Virus record (IMG/VR): IMGVR_UViG_3300028883_000036
Span: 1-64,000 of that record
DNA length: 64,000 nucleotides
Direction: 5' to 3' (one strand)
Source: a virus
Under the pieces are notes generated by a model. The model was given only the letters and a program-made list of their open reading frames with translations, was not told where the DNA came from and did not search any database. The position numbers and the translations under genes were made by a program. Numbering within the stretch: the first letter of the stretch is position 1; every line of letters begins with the position of its first letter. Shown here piece by piece: positions 15,163 to 23,689 of the stretch.

Positions 15163-16442
15163 AATTTAAAAAACCAAAAAATGAAAATTATGCTGCTACT
15201 ATAGTAGTAATTAAAAATGTAATTGAACTTGAAGGATGTGATAATATTCAAGGAACTATTATCTTTGGAAATCATGTTATAATTGGTAAAGATGTTTCTG
15301 TAGGAAACAAAGGAGTTTTCTTTCCTGCGGAAACTCAATTGAGTCATGAATATGCTTATGAAAATAATCTTTATAGACATGCTGAACTTAATAAAGATAA
15401 AGAAAAAAAAGGTTATATAGAAGATAATAGAAGAATCAGAACTATGAAACTAAGAGGTAATAAATCTTGTGGTTTATTTATGCCTCTTTCTTCTCTTGCA
15501 ACATTTCTTGATAAATATCAACTTATTGAAGAAGGGGATACTTTTGATGAAATCAATACTATTCCTATTTGTAACAAATATATTGTGAAGAAAAAGAATA
15601 GCCAAGGACAAAATAAAAAGAAAAAAGCAAAAAAGATTTCCAAATTGCTTGATAATCAATTTAGATTTCATCAAGATACTTCTAATTTAGGAAAAAATGC
15701 TCATAAATTTAAATCTGATGATTTAATAAGCATTACCTATAAAATACATGGTACATCTACTATTTCTTCTAAAATTCTATGTAAAAAGAAAATCAATTGG
15801 TTTTATAAACTTCTTAGATTTTTTAAAGTAAAAATAGTAGATTTTGAATATGATAATATCTATTCTTCTAGAAAAGTTATTAAAAATGATGATATGAATG
15901 AAGGGAAGAATAGTTTTTATAATGTAGATATTTGGGGATTAGCAAATAAAGTATTGAATGAATATCTACTTGATGGTATGACTATCTATGCAGAAATTGT
16001 TGGATATCTACCTACTGGTGCTTATATTCAAAAACCATTTGATTATGGATGTAAAGATAATACTTTTGAAGTATATATATATCGTATTACCTATACAAAT
16101 TCTTCTGGAAATGTATTTGAATTTTCTTGGAAGCAATTAAAAGATTGGTGCAATGATCGTGGGCTAAAACATGTTCCTGAATTATTTTATGGTCCAGTAA
16201 GAGATGTTCTTAGATATGGAGATAAATTTGAATCTCTTGCTGATGATTTAATTGAATCTTTGAGAGATGAATATCTTGAACAAGATTGCTGGATGTGTAA
16301 AAATAAAGTACCAGCAGAAGGAATTGTAATAAGAAAAGAATGCAATGATTTTGAAGCATATAAATTCAAAAGTTTTAAATTTCTTGAATTTGAAACTAAA
16401 AAACTTGACAAAGGTGAAAGTGATATAGAAGAAGAAAATTAA
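15159..16442 (+). CDS. ATP-dependent RNA ligase (Rnl2/DRB0094-like) with N-terminal tRNA-binding OB-like domain
   Basis: motif I TYKIHGT, YAEIVG, FEVYIYRI, EGIVIR, YKFKS; N-term IELEGCDNI...KLRGNKSCGL. Confidence 0.8.
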   Translation: MKFKKPKNENYAATIVVIKNVIELEGCDNIQGTIIFGNHVIIGKDVSVGNKGVFFPAETQLSHEYAYENNLYRHAELNKDKEKKGYIEDNRRIRTMKLRGNKSCGLFMPLSSLATFLDKYQLIEEGDTFDEINTIPICNKYIVKKKNSQGQNKKKKAKKISKLLDNQFRFHQDTSNLGKNAHKFKSDDLISITYKIHGTSTISSKILCKKKINWFYKLLRFFKVKIVDFEYDNIYSSRKVIKNDDMNEGKNSFYNVDIWGLANKVLNEYLLDGMTIYAEIVGYLPTGAYIQKPFDYGCKDNTFEVYIYRITYTNSSGNVFEFSWKQLKDWCNDRGLKHVPELFYGPVRDVLRYGDKFESLADDLIESLRDEYLEQDCWMCKNKVPAEGIVIRKECNDFEAYKFKSFKFLEFETKKLDKGESDIEEEN

Positions 16443-16459
16443 GGAAAGGAAAAGATATT

Positions 16460-16693
16460 ATGCAGAAAAGAATATTTGTTAGATTAAATAATACTTCACT
16501 TGGAACAATACTTCATGAAATTCATAAAGCTGATTGTACATGCTCATATTGTCGTGGAATGGTGCATTACGGTCTAAACATTCCAAGCAATATCAGTTTT
16601 AATTCATGGTTTGTTTTGAAATATGGCAAAGGTAAATATATCAGAATGACATTTAATTTCTTGAAGCGTTTCAAAAGATGTTCACTTCTCTGA
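16460..16693 (+). CDS. hypothetical protein
   Basis: AAGGA RBS; H..DCTCSYC. Confidence 0.55.
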   Translation: MQKRIFVRLNNTSLGTILHEIHKADCTCSYCRGMVHYGLNIPSNISFNSWFVLKYGKGKYIRMTFNFLKRFKRCSLL

Positions 16694-16735
16694 TATAGAA
16701 AAAGTATATAAAGGATATATAGAAAGGAAATAATA

Positions 16736-17077
16736 ATGGGATTAATTCAAGATGGAGATTTTACAATATCTTACAATGAATGGAATGATGCAACAGTATA
16801 TCATATTCCCACAAAAACAACTTTTGTTGGATGTGGAACAAATGATAGAGCTAAAAATTTATCTGTTGCTTTGGATGCTATGGAAAGAATTATTTATCAA
16901 AAAAATAAATGTAAAACTCCACATGAAAGATGGATTGAATTAAAAAAGAATTTCATTGATGATATTGTAAAAAAAATATATGAAATAGATGAAGATCATA
17001 ATTCAAATCTTGATTTTGAACCTGATTGGTGGGTTGAGATGATTAACTTTTGCACTAAATTAAGGAGAATGAAATAA
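16736..17077 (+). CDS. hypothetical protein
   Basis: AAGGA RBS. Confidence 0.6.
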   Translation: MGLIQDGDFTISYNEWNDATVYHIPTKTTFVGCGTNDRAKNLSVALDAMERIIYQKNKCKTPHERWIELKKNFIDDIVKKIYEIDEDHNSNLDFEPDWWVEMINFCTKLRRMK

Positions 17078-17292
17078 TGAAATTGACTCTTGATAAAATA
17101 ATTAAAAAATTAAAAACAATAGAGACAAATTTCAATAATACCGATGATCCAACTAAAAGATATGCATTACTTCAGGCATTAAATCATATAGGTGAAAAGG
17201 AAATTCCGTTTCATGGATATTGGGAAGATGCATATCTAAAATCAATGTTAAAGGAACATGGTGCTGATCCTGAAGTTAAAAAATATGAATAG
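17077..17292 (+). CDS. hypothetical protein
   Basis: TAATG coupling. Confidence 0.6.
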   Translation: MKLTLDKIIKKLKTIETNFNNTDDPTKRYALLQALNHIGEKEIPFHGYWEDAYLKSMLKEHGADPEVKKYE

Positions 17293-17301
17293 GAAATAAA
17301 A

Positions 17302-17625
17302 ATGAATATAATATTAATATTTTGGTTACATTTTATAGCTGATTTTTTCTTACAATCAGAATATATGGCTATAAATAAAAATAAAAATAATATGGCACTT
17401 TCTTATCATTGTGCTGTATATTGTATTCCTTTTTTATTATTAGGATTTAAATATTCTATTCTTGCTGGTCTATTACATTTTCCTGTTGATTATATTACTT
17501 CAAAAATAACTCATACATTATATGATAATAAAGAATATCATTGGTTTTTTGTTGTAATTGGATTTGATCAAGCTATTCATATGACAGTTTTAGTATTAAT
17601 GGCAAAAATATTAGGAATACTTTAA
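17302..17625 (+). CDS. DUF3307-family membrane protein
   Basis: [14 protein letters not shown]...Y, H..VD, GFDQAIH. Confidence 0.8.
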   Translation: MNIILIFWLHFIADFFLQSEYMAINKNKNNMALSYHCAVYCIPFLLLGFKYSILAGLLHFPVDYITSKITHTLYDNKEYHWFFVVIGFDQAIHMTVLVLMAKILGIL

Positions 17626-17636
17626 GAGAGAGAAAA

Positions 17637-18626
17637 ATGGGATTGATAACTGATTTAGGAAAAAAAAGAATAAAATTAATTGAATCTATTGAATATATAC
17701 ATGGTATAAAAGCAGAACAATTAATGATTTTATCTGAAGCTGGTTCAAATATGTATGGAACTGCAACAGAAAATTCTGATATAGATTATATTGGTGTATA
17801 TTTACCTACTAAAGAACAAATATTGTTAAATGATTTTCCAAAACAAGTAAGCATAAAAGAAAATGAAATTGATCTTCAAATATGGTCAATATATTATTTT
17901 TTGAAGCTTGCTTGTCAAGGAGAAACTTTATCTATTGATTTACTTCATTCACCATATCATTGTTGGTTAGTATTTAATGATAATTGGTTATATATCAAAG
18001 ATAGAAAATATAAATTTTATACTAAAAAAATGAAAGCTTTTGTAGGTTATGCAAGAAAACAAGCTGCAAAATATGGTATAAAAGGTGAAAGGATAAATGA
18101 TCTAAAAAAAGTAATTGATTATTTAAAAACTATAGATCCAAAAACTAAACTTAAAGACATTTGGCATAATTTACCTACAGGAGAACATATACATTTTCTT
18201 GATGATGAAAAACCTTGGAAAATGTATCAAGTATCTGGTAGAAAATATCAAGAAACTGTTACAGTTAAATATACAATTACAGGTCTGTCAAATCTATTGA
18301 CAGATTATGGAAAACGTGCTATAATAGCTTCTGAAAATAAAGGAATAGATTGGAAAGCTATATCTCATGCTTTAAGAGCAGGATATCAACTTTTTGATAT
18401 TTTAACTAAAAATGGATATGAATATCCATTAACTAATGCCAAATTTGTAAAAAATGTTAAATTAGGTAAACATGATTTTAAATATGTTCAGCATGAACTT
18501 GATAAAATCATAAATGCTGTTGAAGAAAAAATGGAAAAATCTATTTTACCTGAAAAAGTAAATAAAGAATATTGGAATGAATGGTTACTTAAAATAATAG
18601 AAAGGCATGTAAATGATTGGTCATGA
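17637..18626 (+). CDS. Pol-beta-superfamily nucleotidyltransferase (T4 NrdC.11/RlaP-like)
   Basis: GSNMYGTATENSDIDYIGVY; DWKAISHALR. Confidence 0.8.
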   Translation: MGLITDLGKKRIKLIESIEYIHGIKAEQLMILSEAGSNMYGTATENSDIDYIGVYLPTKEQILLNDFPKQVSIKENEIDLQIWSIYYFLKLACQGETLSIDLLHSPYHCWLVFNDNWLYIKDRKYKFYTKKMKAFVGYARKQAAKYGIKGERINDLKKVIDYLKTIDPKTKLKDIWHNLPTGEHIHFLDDEKPWKMYQVSGRKYQETVTVKYTITGLSNLLTDYGKRAIIASENKGIDWKAISHALRAGYQLFDILTKNGYEYPLTNAKFVKNVKLGKHDFKYVQHELDKIINAVEEKMEKSILPEKVNKEYWNEWLLKIIERHVNDWS

Positions 18627-19380
18627 AAAATATTCAGATAATGATAACTTAGTTAAAGAAAAAGAAAAAAAAGTATATTTTTATTTAACTGTAGGAATTC
18701 TTACAATAGCAATATTTACTATTTTCTTTTTGAATGATTTAAAGATAGTAAAATATCTCATACCTGATGCATTTTATAAAGAAGTAAGAGTTGAAGTTCC
18801 TGTTGAAAAAGAAATTATAAAATATGTAGAAAAGACAGGAATGAAAACAAGTGAATTTGTAACAATTTTAAATCCAAAAGTTGATCCAATTATAGCAGAA
18901 CAAATTGGAATGTCAGTTGATAAACATGCAAAAAATTATCAGTTACCAAGAAAGCTTGTATTAGGTATTATAAATAAAGAATCTGCATTTAATCCATTTG
19001 CTAAATCCAATGTAGCTATAGGATTGATGCAAATATATCCAAAATATCATCAAGATAAAATTGATGATCTAAAGATAAAAGATAAAAGAAAACTTTTTCA
19101 TATTGATATAAATATTGAAATTGGTTGTAAAATATTTAGAGAATATTTTGATCAAACTGATGGAGATTTAGATGAAACATTTCATAAATATCTATCTAAA
19201 AATGCTACCAAAGAACAAAAAGATAAATATAAAAATAATGTTTTGACTACATATGCAATGTTAGATTTTATAGAATTTCAGCATAAAAATACTATTATAA
19301 AAGAAGAAGATGTTGAAGAAGAAATAAAACTATTAGAAAAGGAAAATACAGAAAATGAAAAAAGGATTCACATTGATTGA
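18613..19380 (+). CDS. membrane-anchored lytic transglycosylase (SLT)
   Basis: IINKESAFNPFAKS..AIGLMQI...NIEIG; N-terminal TM. Confidence 0.85.
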   Translation: MIGHEKYSDNDNLVKEKEKKVYFYLTVGILTIAIFTIFFLNDLKIVKYLIPDAFYKEVRVEVPVEKEIIKYVEKTGMKTSEFVTILNPKVDPIIAEQIGMSVDKHAKNYQLPRKLVLGIINKESAFNPFAKSNVAIGLMQIYPKYHQDKIDDLKIKDKRKLFHIDINIEIGCKIFREYFDQTDGDLDETFHKYLSKNATKEQKDKYKNNVLTTYAMLDFIEFQHKNTIIKEEDVEEEIKLLEKENTENEKRIHID

Positions 19381-19519
19381 ACTTATGATTGTTATTCTTA
19401 TTTTAGGATTATGTATTGGTATAATTGGTCCTGTAATGTGTGATTTTGAAGTTAAAAATGAAGTTATTGTTGAAAAATATGATACACAAGAGAAAGGAAA
19501 ATTTCAAGGAGATTATTGA
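19355..19519 (+). CDS. truncated type IV prepilin-like peptide (54 aa)
   Basis: MKKG/FTLIELMIVILILGLCIGIIGP class III signal peptide with E5; not in ORF track. Confidence 0.75.
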   Translation: MKKGFTLIELMIVILILGLCIGIIGPVMCDFEVKNEVIVEKYDTQEKGKFQGDY

Positions 19520-19746
19520 AAATGCCTATAGTTATATGTAAAGGATGTGGAAAAAAAACTAATACAGCATGTAGTAAATTTAATAGAGGAAAACCACCTA
19601 ATGAATGTTATGCTGCATATGATGATAAAAATAAAAAATGGATAAAAGGTTGTGGATTTGAAAATGCTAGTAATTTTGAGAAAGCATTTGCAATGCATCT
19701 TATTACAAAAAAATCAATTTCTTATTTTTTAAGAGGATCTGGATAA
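19516..19746 (+). CDS. Cys-containing hypothetical protein
   Basis: CKGCG...C; AGGAG RBS. Confidence 0.6.
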   Translation: MKMPIVICKGCGKKTNTACSKFNRGKPPNECYAAYDDKNKKWIKGCGFENASNFEKAFAMHLITKKSISYFLRGSG

Positions 19747-20945
19747 TGAAATTTAATAAAAACTTTAATGTATTTAGTCATGCTTATTTTGGTAATGGGC
19801 AAAAGTTAAATGTACCTATTAAATTGTTTCTATCTGAAGTAGAAGATGGGGCAATGTTCCAAATGGATCATTTAGCTCAATTACCTTTTGTATTTCATCA
19901 TGTAGCAGGAATGCCTGATATGCATCAAGGATATGGTATGCCTATTGGTGGTGTAATGGCTACTAAAGAATATATAGTGCCTAATGCTGTAGGTATGGAT
20001 ATTGGATGTGGTATGTGTAGTATTCAAACTTCTTTCACTGAAATTGATAAACCTATTTTAAAGAAGATAATGGGGGATATTAGAAAACTTATTCCTGTTG
20101 GTTTTAAACATAATGAACATTCTCAAAAAGGTATGCCTATAAATTATAATCTTTCTTTACCAATTATAGATGAAAATTATTCTTCTGCTCAAAAACAATT
20201 GGGAACTCTTGGTGGTGGAAATCATTTCATTGAAATTCAAAAAGGAGATGATGGATTTATTTATATAATGATTCATTCTGGAAGTAGAAACTTAGGAGCA
20301 AAAGTAGCTACTCATTATAATAAAGTAGCTGTTGATTTAAATGAAAAATGGCATAGTAAAGTTCCTAAAAATTGGCAATTAGCATATCTACCTTTTCATG
20401 ATACTGAAGGACAATCTTATTTTGAAGAAATGAAATACTGTTGTGATTTTGCATTAGCAAATAGAAAACTAATGATGGATAGAGTTAAAGAAGCAATGAC
20501 TAACCATCTTGATATTGATTTTTGGGAAGATACTTTTATAAACATTCATCATAACTATGCTGCTATAGAAAATCATTTTGGAAAAAATGTTTTAGTACAT
20601 AGAAAAGGTGCTACTAGAGCATATAAAGGAGAACTTGGTATTATTCCAGGGAGTCAAGGAACATATAGCTATATTGTAGAAGGTAAAGGATATGAAGATA
20701 GTTTCAAATCATGTAGTCATGGTGCTGGAAGATTAATGAGTAGAAGTAGAGCTAAAAAAGAACTTAATCTTGCACTTGAAATCAAAAAACTTGATGATCA
20801 AGGTATTGTTCACGGTATTAGACATATCAGTGATTTGGATGAAGCTAGTGGTGCATATAAAGATATTGATGATGTTATGCTTAATCAAATCAAACTTGTT
20901 ATGATAAAAAAAGAACTAAAACCTATTGCAGTAGTAAAAGGATAG
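19746..20945 (+). CDS. rtcB: RNA-splicing/repair ligase RtcB
   Basis: MPDMHQGYGMPIG, VGMDIGCG, GTLGGGNHFIE, HSGSR, HNY, HRKGAT, SCSHGAGR, DEASGAYK. Confidence 0.95.
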   Translation: MKFNKNFNVFSHAYFGNGQKLNVPIKLFLSEVEDGAMFQMDHLAQLPFVFHHVAGMPDMHQGYGMPIGGVMATKEYIVPNAVGMDIGCGMCSIQTSFTEIDKPILKKIMGDIRKLIPVGFKHNEHSQKGMPINYNLSLPIIDENYSSAQKQLGTLGGGNHFIEIQKGDDGFIYIMIHSGSRNLGAKVATHYNKVAVDLNEKWHSKVPKNWQLAYLPFHDTEGQSYFEEMKYCCDFALANRKLMMDRVKEAMTNHLDIDFWEDTFINIHHNYAAIENHFGKNVLVHRKGATRAYKGELGIIPGSQGTYSYIVEGKGYEDSFKSCSHGAGRLMSRSRAKKELNLALEIKKLDDQGIVHGIRHISDLDEASGAYKDIDDVMLNQIKLVMIKKELKPIAVVKG

Positions 20946-20958
20946 AAAGGAGAAAAAA

Positions 20959-21324
20959 ATGTTTGATGATATTTTAGGAGAAAAACCAGAAAAGAAAAAT
21001 GAAATAAAACCCCCAAAATTAGTTAAAATGAAAGCAAGTCAAATTACTGCACTTCAAGAAGGAGATGATAAGGAATATTGGGTCAAACTTTTCCATCTTG
21101 ATACAACAGGAGTAACAAAACCAAAATTGATTTGGAAGGGAAAATGTAAACTTTATATTCAAAGAGATAAACATGATAGATTATCTATTATTACTCCTGA
21201 AGCTGGTTCAATTCCAATACCTAATCAGACCGATTGGGCAGAATATTCATATAGAGATATTGAACCTAATGGTACTTGTATAGCAGAAGATTATGGCATG
21301 GAAATATATAAGGAGATAAAATGA
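20959..21324 (+). CDS. hypothetical protein
   Basis: AAGGAG RBS. Confidence 0.65.
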   Translation: MFDDILGEKPEKKNEIKPPKLVKMKASQITALQEGDDKEYWVKLFHLDTTGVTKPKLIWKGKCKLYIQRDKHDRLSIITPEAGSIPIPNQTDWAEYSYRDIEPNGTCIAEDYGMEIYKEIK

Positions 21325-21459
21325 AATTTTTAAAACTTTGGCTCTTTTTTTTATTCATTACATTATTCATTACTGGATTTAATTTTTTAGTCTGTAATCA
21401 TGCATGTGCTAATGATGATAAATATGATAATTCAGATGGATGTTTCATAGGAATAGTAT

Positions 21460-21672
21460 ATGGAAATTAAATTAAATAAAGCAATAGAAGAAAGAGATAA
21501 ATTTTTAGAAGCAAATTCACATTTAAGAATACATCAGAAAAAAATTGATGATATATTAAATAAATGTAAAGAAGAAGATAGATTAGATGTTATTCAAATG
21601 ATGATGTATGAAAGTTTATCAAATCTTGTAATGGCTTTAAATAAATTGAAAGAGAAATTTAATAATGGCTGA
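21460..21672 (+). CDS. hypothetical protein
   Basis: ORF in run. Confidence 0.6.
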   Translation: MEIKLNKAIEERDKFLEANSHLRIHQKKIDDILNKCKEEDRLDVIQMMMYESLSNLVMALNKLKEKFNNG

Positions 21673-22003
21673 AATTGAAACTCATATAAAAGACTGTGAA
21701 AAAATCCTTGGTAATGGTTTTGAAGAAGTTCATAAATGGCTTGACCAGTATGCAAAAAAATATAATCCTTTTTTGATGCTTGAATATCATAGACAATTTC
21801 TTCATCATGCCAAGGGAGTAGAAAAAGTAAAAGAAAAATGGGGATTTTATGCTGAACAAGCTGCAAAACTTCATATAATAAGAGACTGTAGTGTTTATAT
21901 TTATTTTAATATTGATAAAATAAGAGAAGATGATATAGAACCATTATATCAAAAAGCATTAAAATTTTGTCATGATCCAAAGGATGTTCCAGATGATATA
22001 TAA
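21665..22003 (+). CDS. His-rich helical protein (DUF6915-like)
   Basis: H..D.......VHKWLD...HR..LHH..G...HI..D. Confidence 0.55.
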   Translation: MAEIETHIKDCEKILGNGFEEVHKWLDQYAKKYNPFLMLEYHRQFLHHAKGVEKVKEKWGFYAEQAAKLHIIRDCSVYIYFNIDKIREDDIEPLYQKALKFCHDPKDVPDDI

Positions 22004-22048
22004 ATAACCAATAGTGGACTAAAATAAAATGGAAGTAAATAAATAAAT

Positions 22049-22264
22049 ATGATATTATTTAGAAAGAACAAATTAAAAGAAGTAGTAAAAAGGAATAAAA
22101 AATTAAAAGAATCTGAAGCATATAAAGAACTTAAAAAAATAGAAAAAACATTAGAAGAAATATTTACAAAAGAGTCATTTAGATGTAAATTTTTTAAAGA
22201 AAATAAATGTAATCATAAAAAAAACAATATGAGTATTTGTAATATTGATAAATGTCCAAAATAA
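22049..22264 (+). CDS. hypothetical protein
   Basis: ORF in run. Confidence 0.5.
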   Translation: MILFRKNKLKEVVKRNKKLKESEAYKELKKIEKTLEEIFTKESFRCKFFKENKCNHKKNNMSICNIDKCPK

Positions 22265-22279
22265 AAAAGGAAATTTAAA

Positions 22280-22642
22280 ATGTGGGTAAAATTTAAATTT
22301 AGATTTGCATATGGTGAAGATAAAAAATGGTCTTATAAAGAAATTCCCGATGATTGGAAAACTTATGGTTATGATGAAAAAGAATGGGAAAATGATGAAG
22401 ATGAAGCATTATGTGACTATCTTGCCAATGAAGAACGTCTTCATTCACTATATGATTATTCAGAATTATATAGAGGATTTAAGGCTGAAAAAATTGAAGG
22501 ATATCCACCTGTAGATGAAATCATAAAAAGATTAAAAAAATGTGAAAGAAATGCAGAATATTATACTGAAGAATCTAAAAGATTCAGAGAAATGTTAGAT
22601 GTAGCTGGTCATATAACAAAAAAAGATTCAGATATTACTTGA
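22280..22642 (+). CDS. hypothetical protein
   Basis: AAGGA RBS. Confidence 0.65.
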   Translation: MWVKFKFRFAYGEDKKWSYKEIPDDWKTYGYDEKEWENDEDEALCDYLANEERLHSLYDYSELYRGFKAEKIEGYPPVDEIIKRLKKCERNAEYYTEESKRFREMLDVAGHITKKDSDIT

Positions 22643-22666
22643 CATTATATTATAAATACATATAGT
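22639..22666 (+). promoter_or_regulatory. promoter of amber cassette
   Basis: TTGACA-16-TATAGT; also contains T4-late-like TATAAATA at 22651. Confidence 0.6.
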
Positions 22667-22698
22667 AAGATAGTAAATAAACGAAAGGAGAAAATATC

Positions 22699-22776
22699 AT
22701 GATGCCATTTCAATAGATAGTAAGAGGACCACCTTTTTTTATTGTACACACAACTACAATTTATAATAAAATATAA
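22699..22776 (+). CDS. leader peptide with in-frame amber codon followed by RGPP arrest-like motif
   Basis: GAAAGGAG RBS; ATG ATG CCA TTT CAA TAG ATA GTA AGA GGA CCA CCT...TAA = MMPFQ*IVRGPPFFIVHTTTIYNKI. Confidence 0.65.
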
Positions 22777-22795
22777 TAAAAAAAGGAGACAAAAA

Positions 22796-23098
22796 ATGAA
22801 ATTCAAAGAATTTAAAAATCAAATCAAAGAAGAACAAAAGCAATTAGCAAATCAAATTAAAAATTTTAAAAAAGAACGAAAAAAAACATCTACAGGCTAT
22901 ATATCAGGTTTAGATCAAAAAAGATCTACTTATAGACATAAACATATTGTTTACTGTCAATTATTTAATAACACTCCCTATAAACAAATAGAAAGAAGTT
23001 GTCATGAATGCCCAAATCAATATATACTTGACAGATATACAAAAGAATGGTATAAAGTATTTGAACAATTTGAACATGAAGAAAGGATTGCTGTATGA
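22796..23098 (+). CDS. hypothetical protein of amber cassette (100 aa)
   Basis: AAGGAG RBS; coiled N-term, YRHKHIVYC...TPY.QIE motif. Confidence 0.75.
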   Translation: MKFKEFKNQIKEEQKQLANQIKNFKKERKKTSTGYISGLDQKRSTYRHKHIVYCQLFNNTPYKQIERSCHECPNQYILDRYTKEWYKVFEQFEHEERIAV

Positions 23099-23427
23099 AA
23101 AATAAAAATTGGGGTCAAAAAAATGGCTCAACATAGACTAAAATGTATGTTATAATCAGAAAAGATATACCTAAAATTCATCAAGCTGTTCAAGGTGGAC
23201 ATGCTTTAGCGGAATATCTTTTAAATGAATCAACATCTTGGACTAACGGAACTTTAATCTATTTGGGTATTAAAGGACTAAATCAGATTGAGAATTTAAA
23301 ATATAAATTTGATTCAGAAGGGATACCTTATAGAGAGTTTAGAGAACCTGATCTTGATAATCAAATAACGTCAATAGCAACAGATACAAAAAATAAGTAT
23401 ATAAAAAAACTAAACTTATTGGCTTGA
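23095..23427 (+). CDS. peptidyl-tRNA hydrolase 2-like protein with in-frame TAG (23134-23136)
   Basis: MYVIIRKD...AVQGGHA...FREPDLDNQITSIAT; ATG 23095 has GAAAGGA RBS and ATGA overlap and is in frame through one TAG. Confidence 0.75.
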
Positions 23428-23496
23428 TAGCTCAACGGCAGAGCAGGGAACTCTAAATTCCTGTTAGTGTAGGTTCAAATCCTATTCAAGCCACCA
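23421..23496 (+). tRNA. amber suppressor tRNA (anticodon CTA)
   Basis: GGCTTGA-TA-GCTC-AACGGCA-GAGC-A-GGGAA-CTCTAAA-TTCCT-GTTAGT-GTAGG-TTCAAAT-CCTAT-TCAAGCC-A-CCA. Confidence 0.9.
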
Positions 23497-23523
23497 AATC
23501 AAAAAAGGTATGGGAAAATATTG

Positions 23524-23558
23524 TGACAATTTTTGACAAACTTTGACAATTTTTGTCA
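23524..23558. promoter_or_regulatory. tandem palindromic operator/enhancer sites (TGACA-N5-TGTCA x2)
   Basis: TGACAATTTTTGACA and TGACAATTTTTGTCA, 20 bp period; reverse complement of the 11.9 kb sites; inside a larger inverted repeat (TATGGGAA...TTCCCATA). Confidence 0.75.
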
Positions 23559-23630
23559 CAATTCCCATAACCTCAAAAATACTAAAATCTATAAACCCCT
23601 AAAATCATTCAAATAATTTTTTTTGGTACT

Positions 23631-23647
23631 TTGGCATAAGACTTGTA
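23631..23647 (+). promoter_or_regulatory. sigma54 (-24/-12) promoter
   Basis: TTGGCATAAGACTTGTA (TGGCA-N6-TTGT, one deviation at -12). Confidence 0.6.
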
Positions 23648-23689
23648 TATATTATAGACATGAATAACGAAAACAACATAGGGGGAAAC

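Noticed and set aside
22651-22658. T4 late promoters TATAAATA (also near 22000, 26733, 28050)
   Set aside because: gp55 is present, but the octamer is expected by chance in DNA this AT-rich; not called without TSS data.
23421-23496. Pyrrolysine tRNA
   Set aside because: Standard D and T loops, 5-bp anticodon stem and 6-nt variable region, unlike tRNA-Pyl; no pyl genes in the window.
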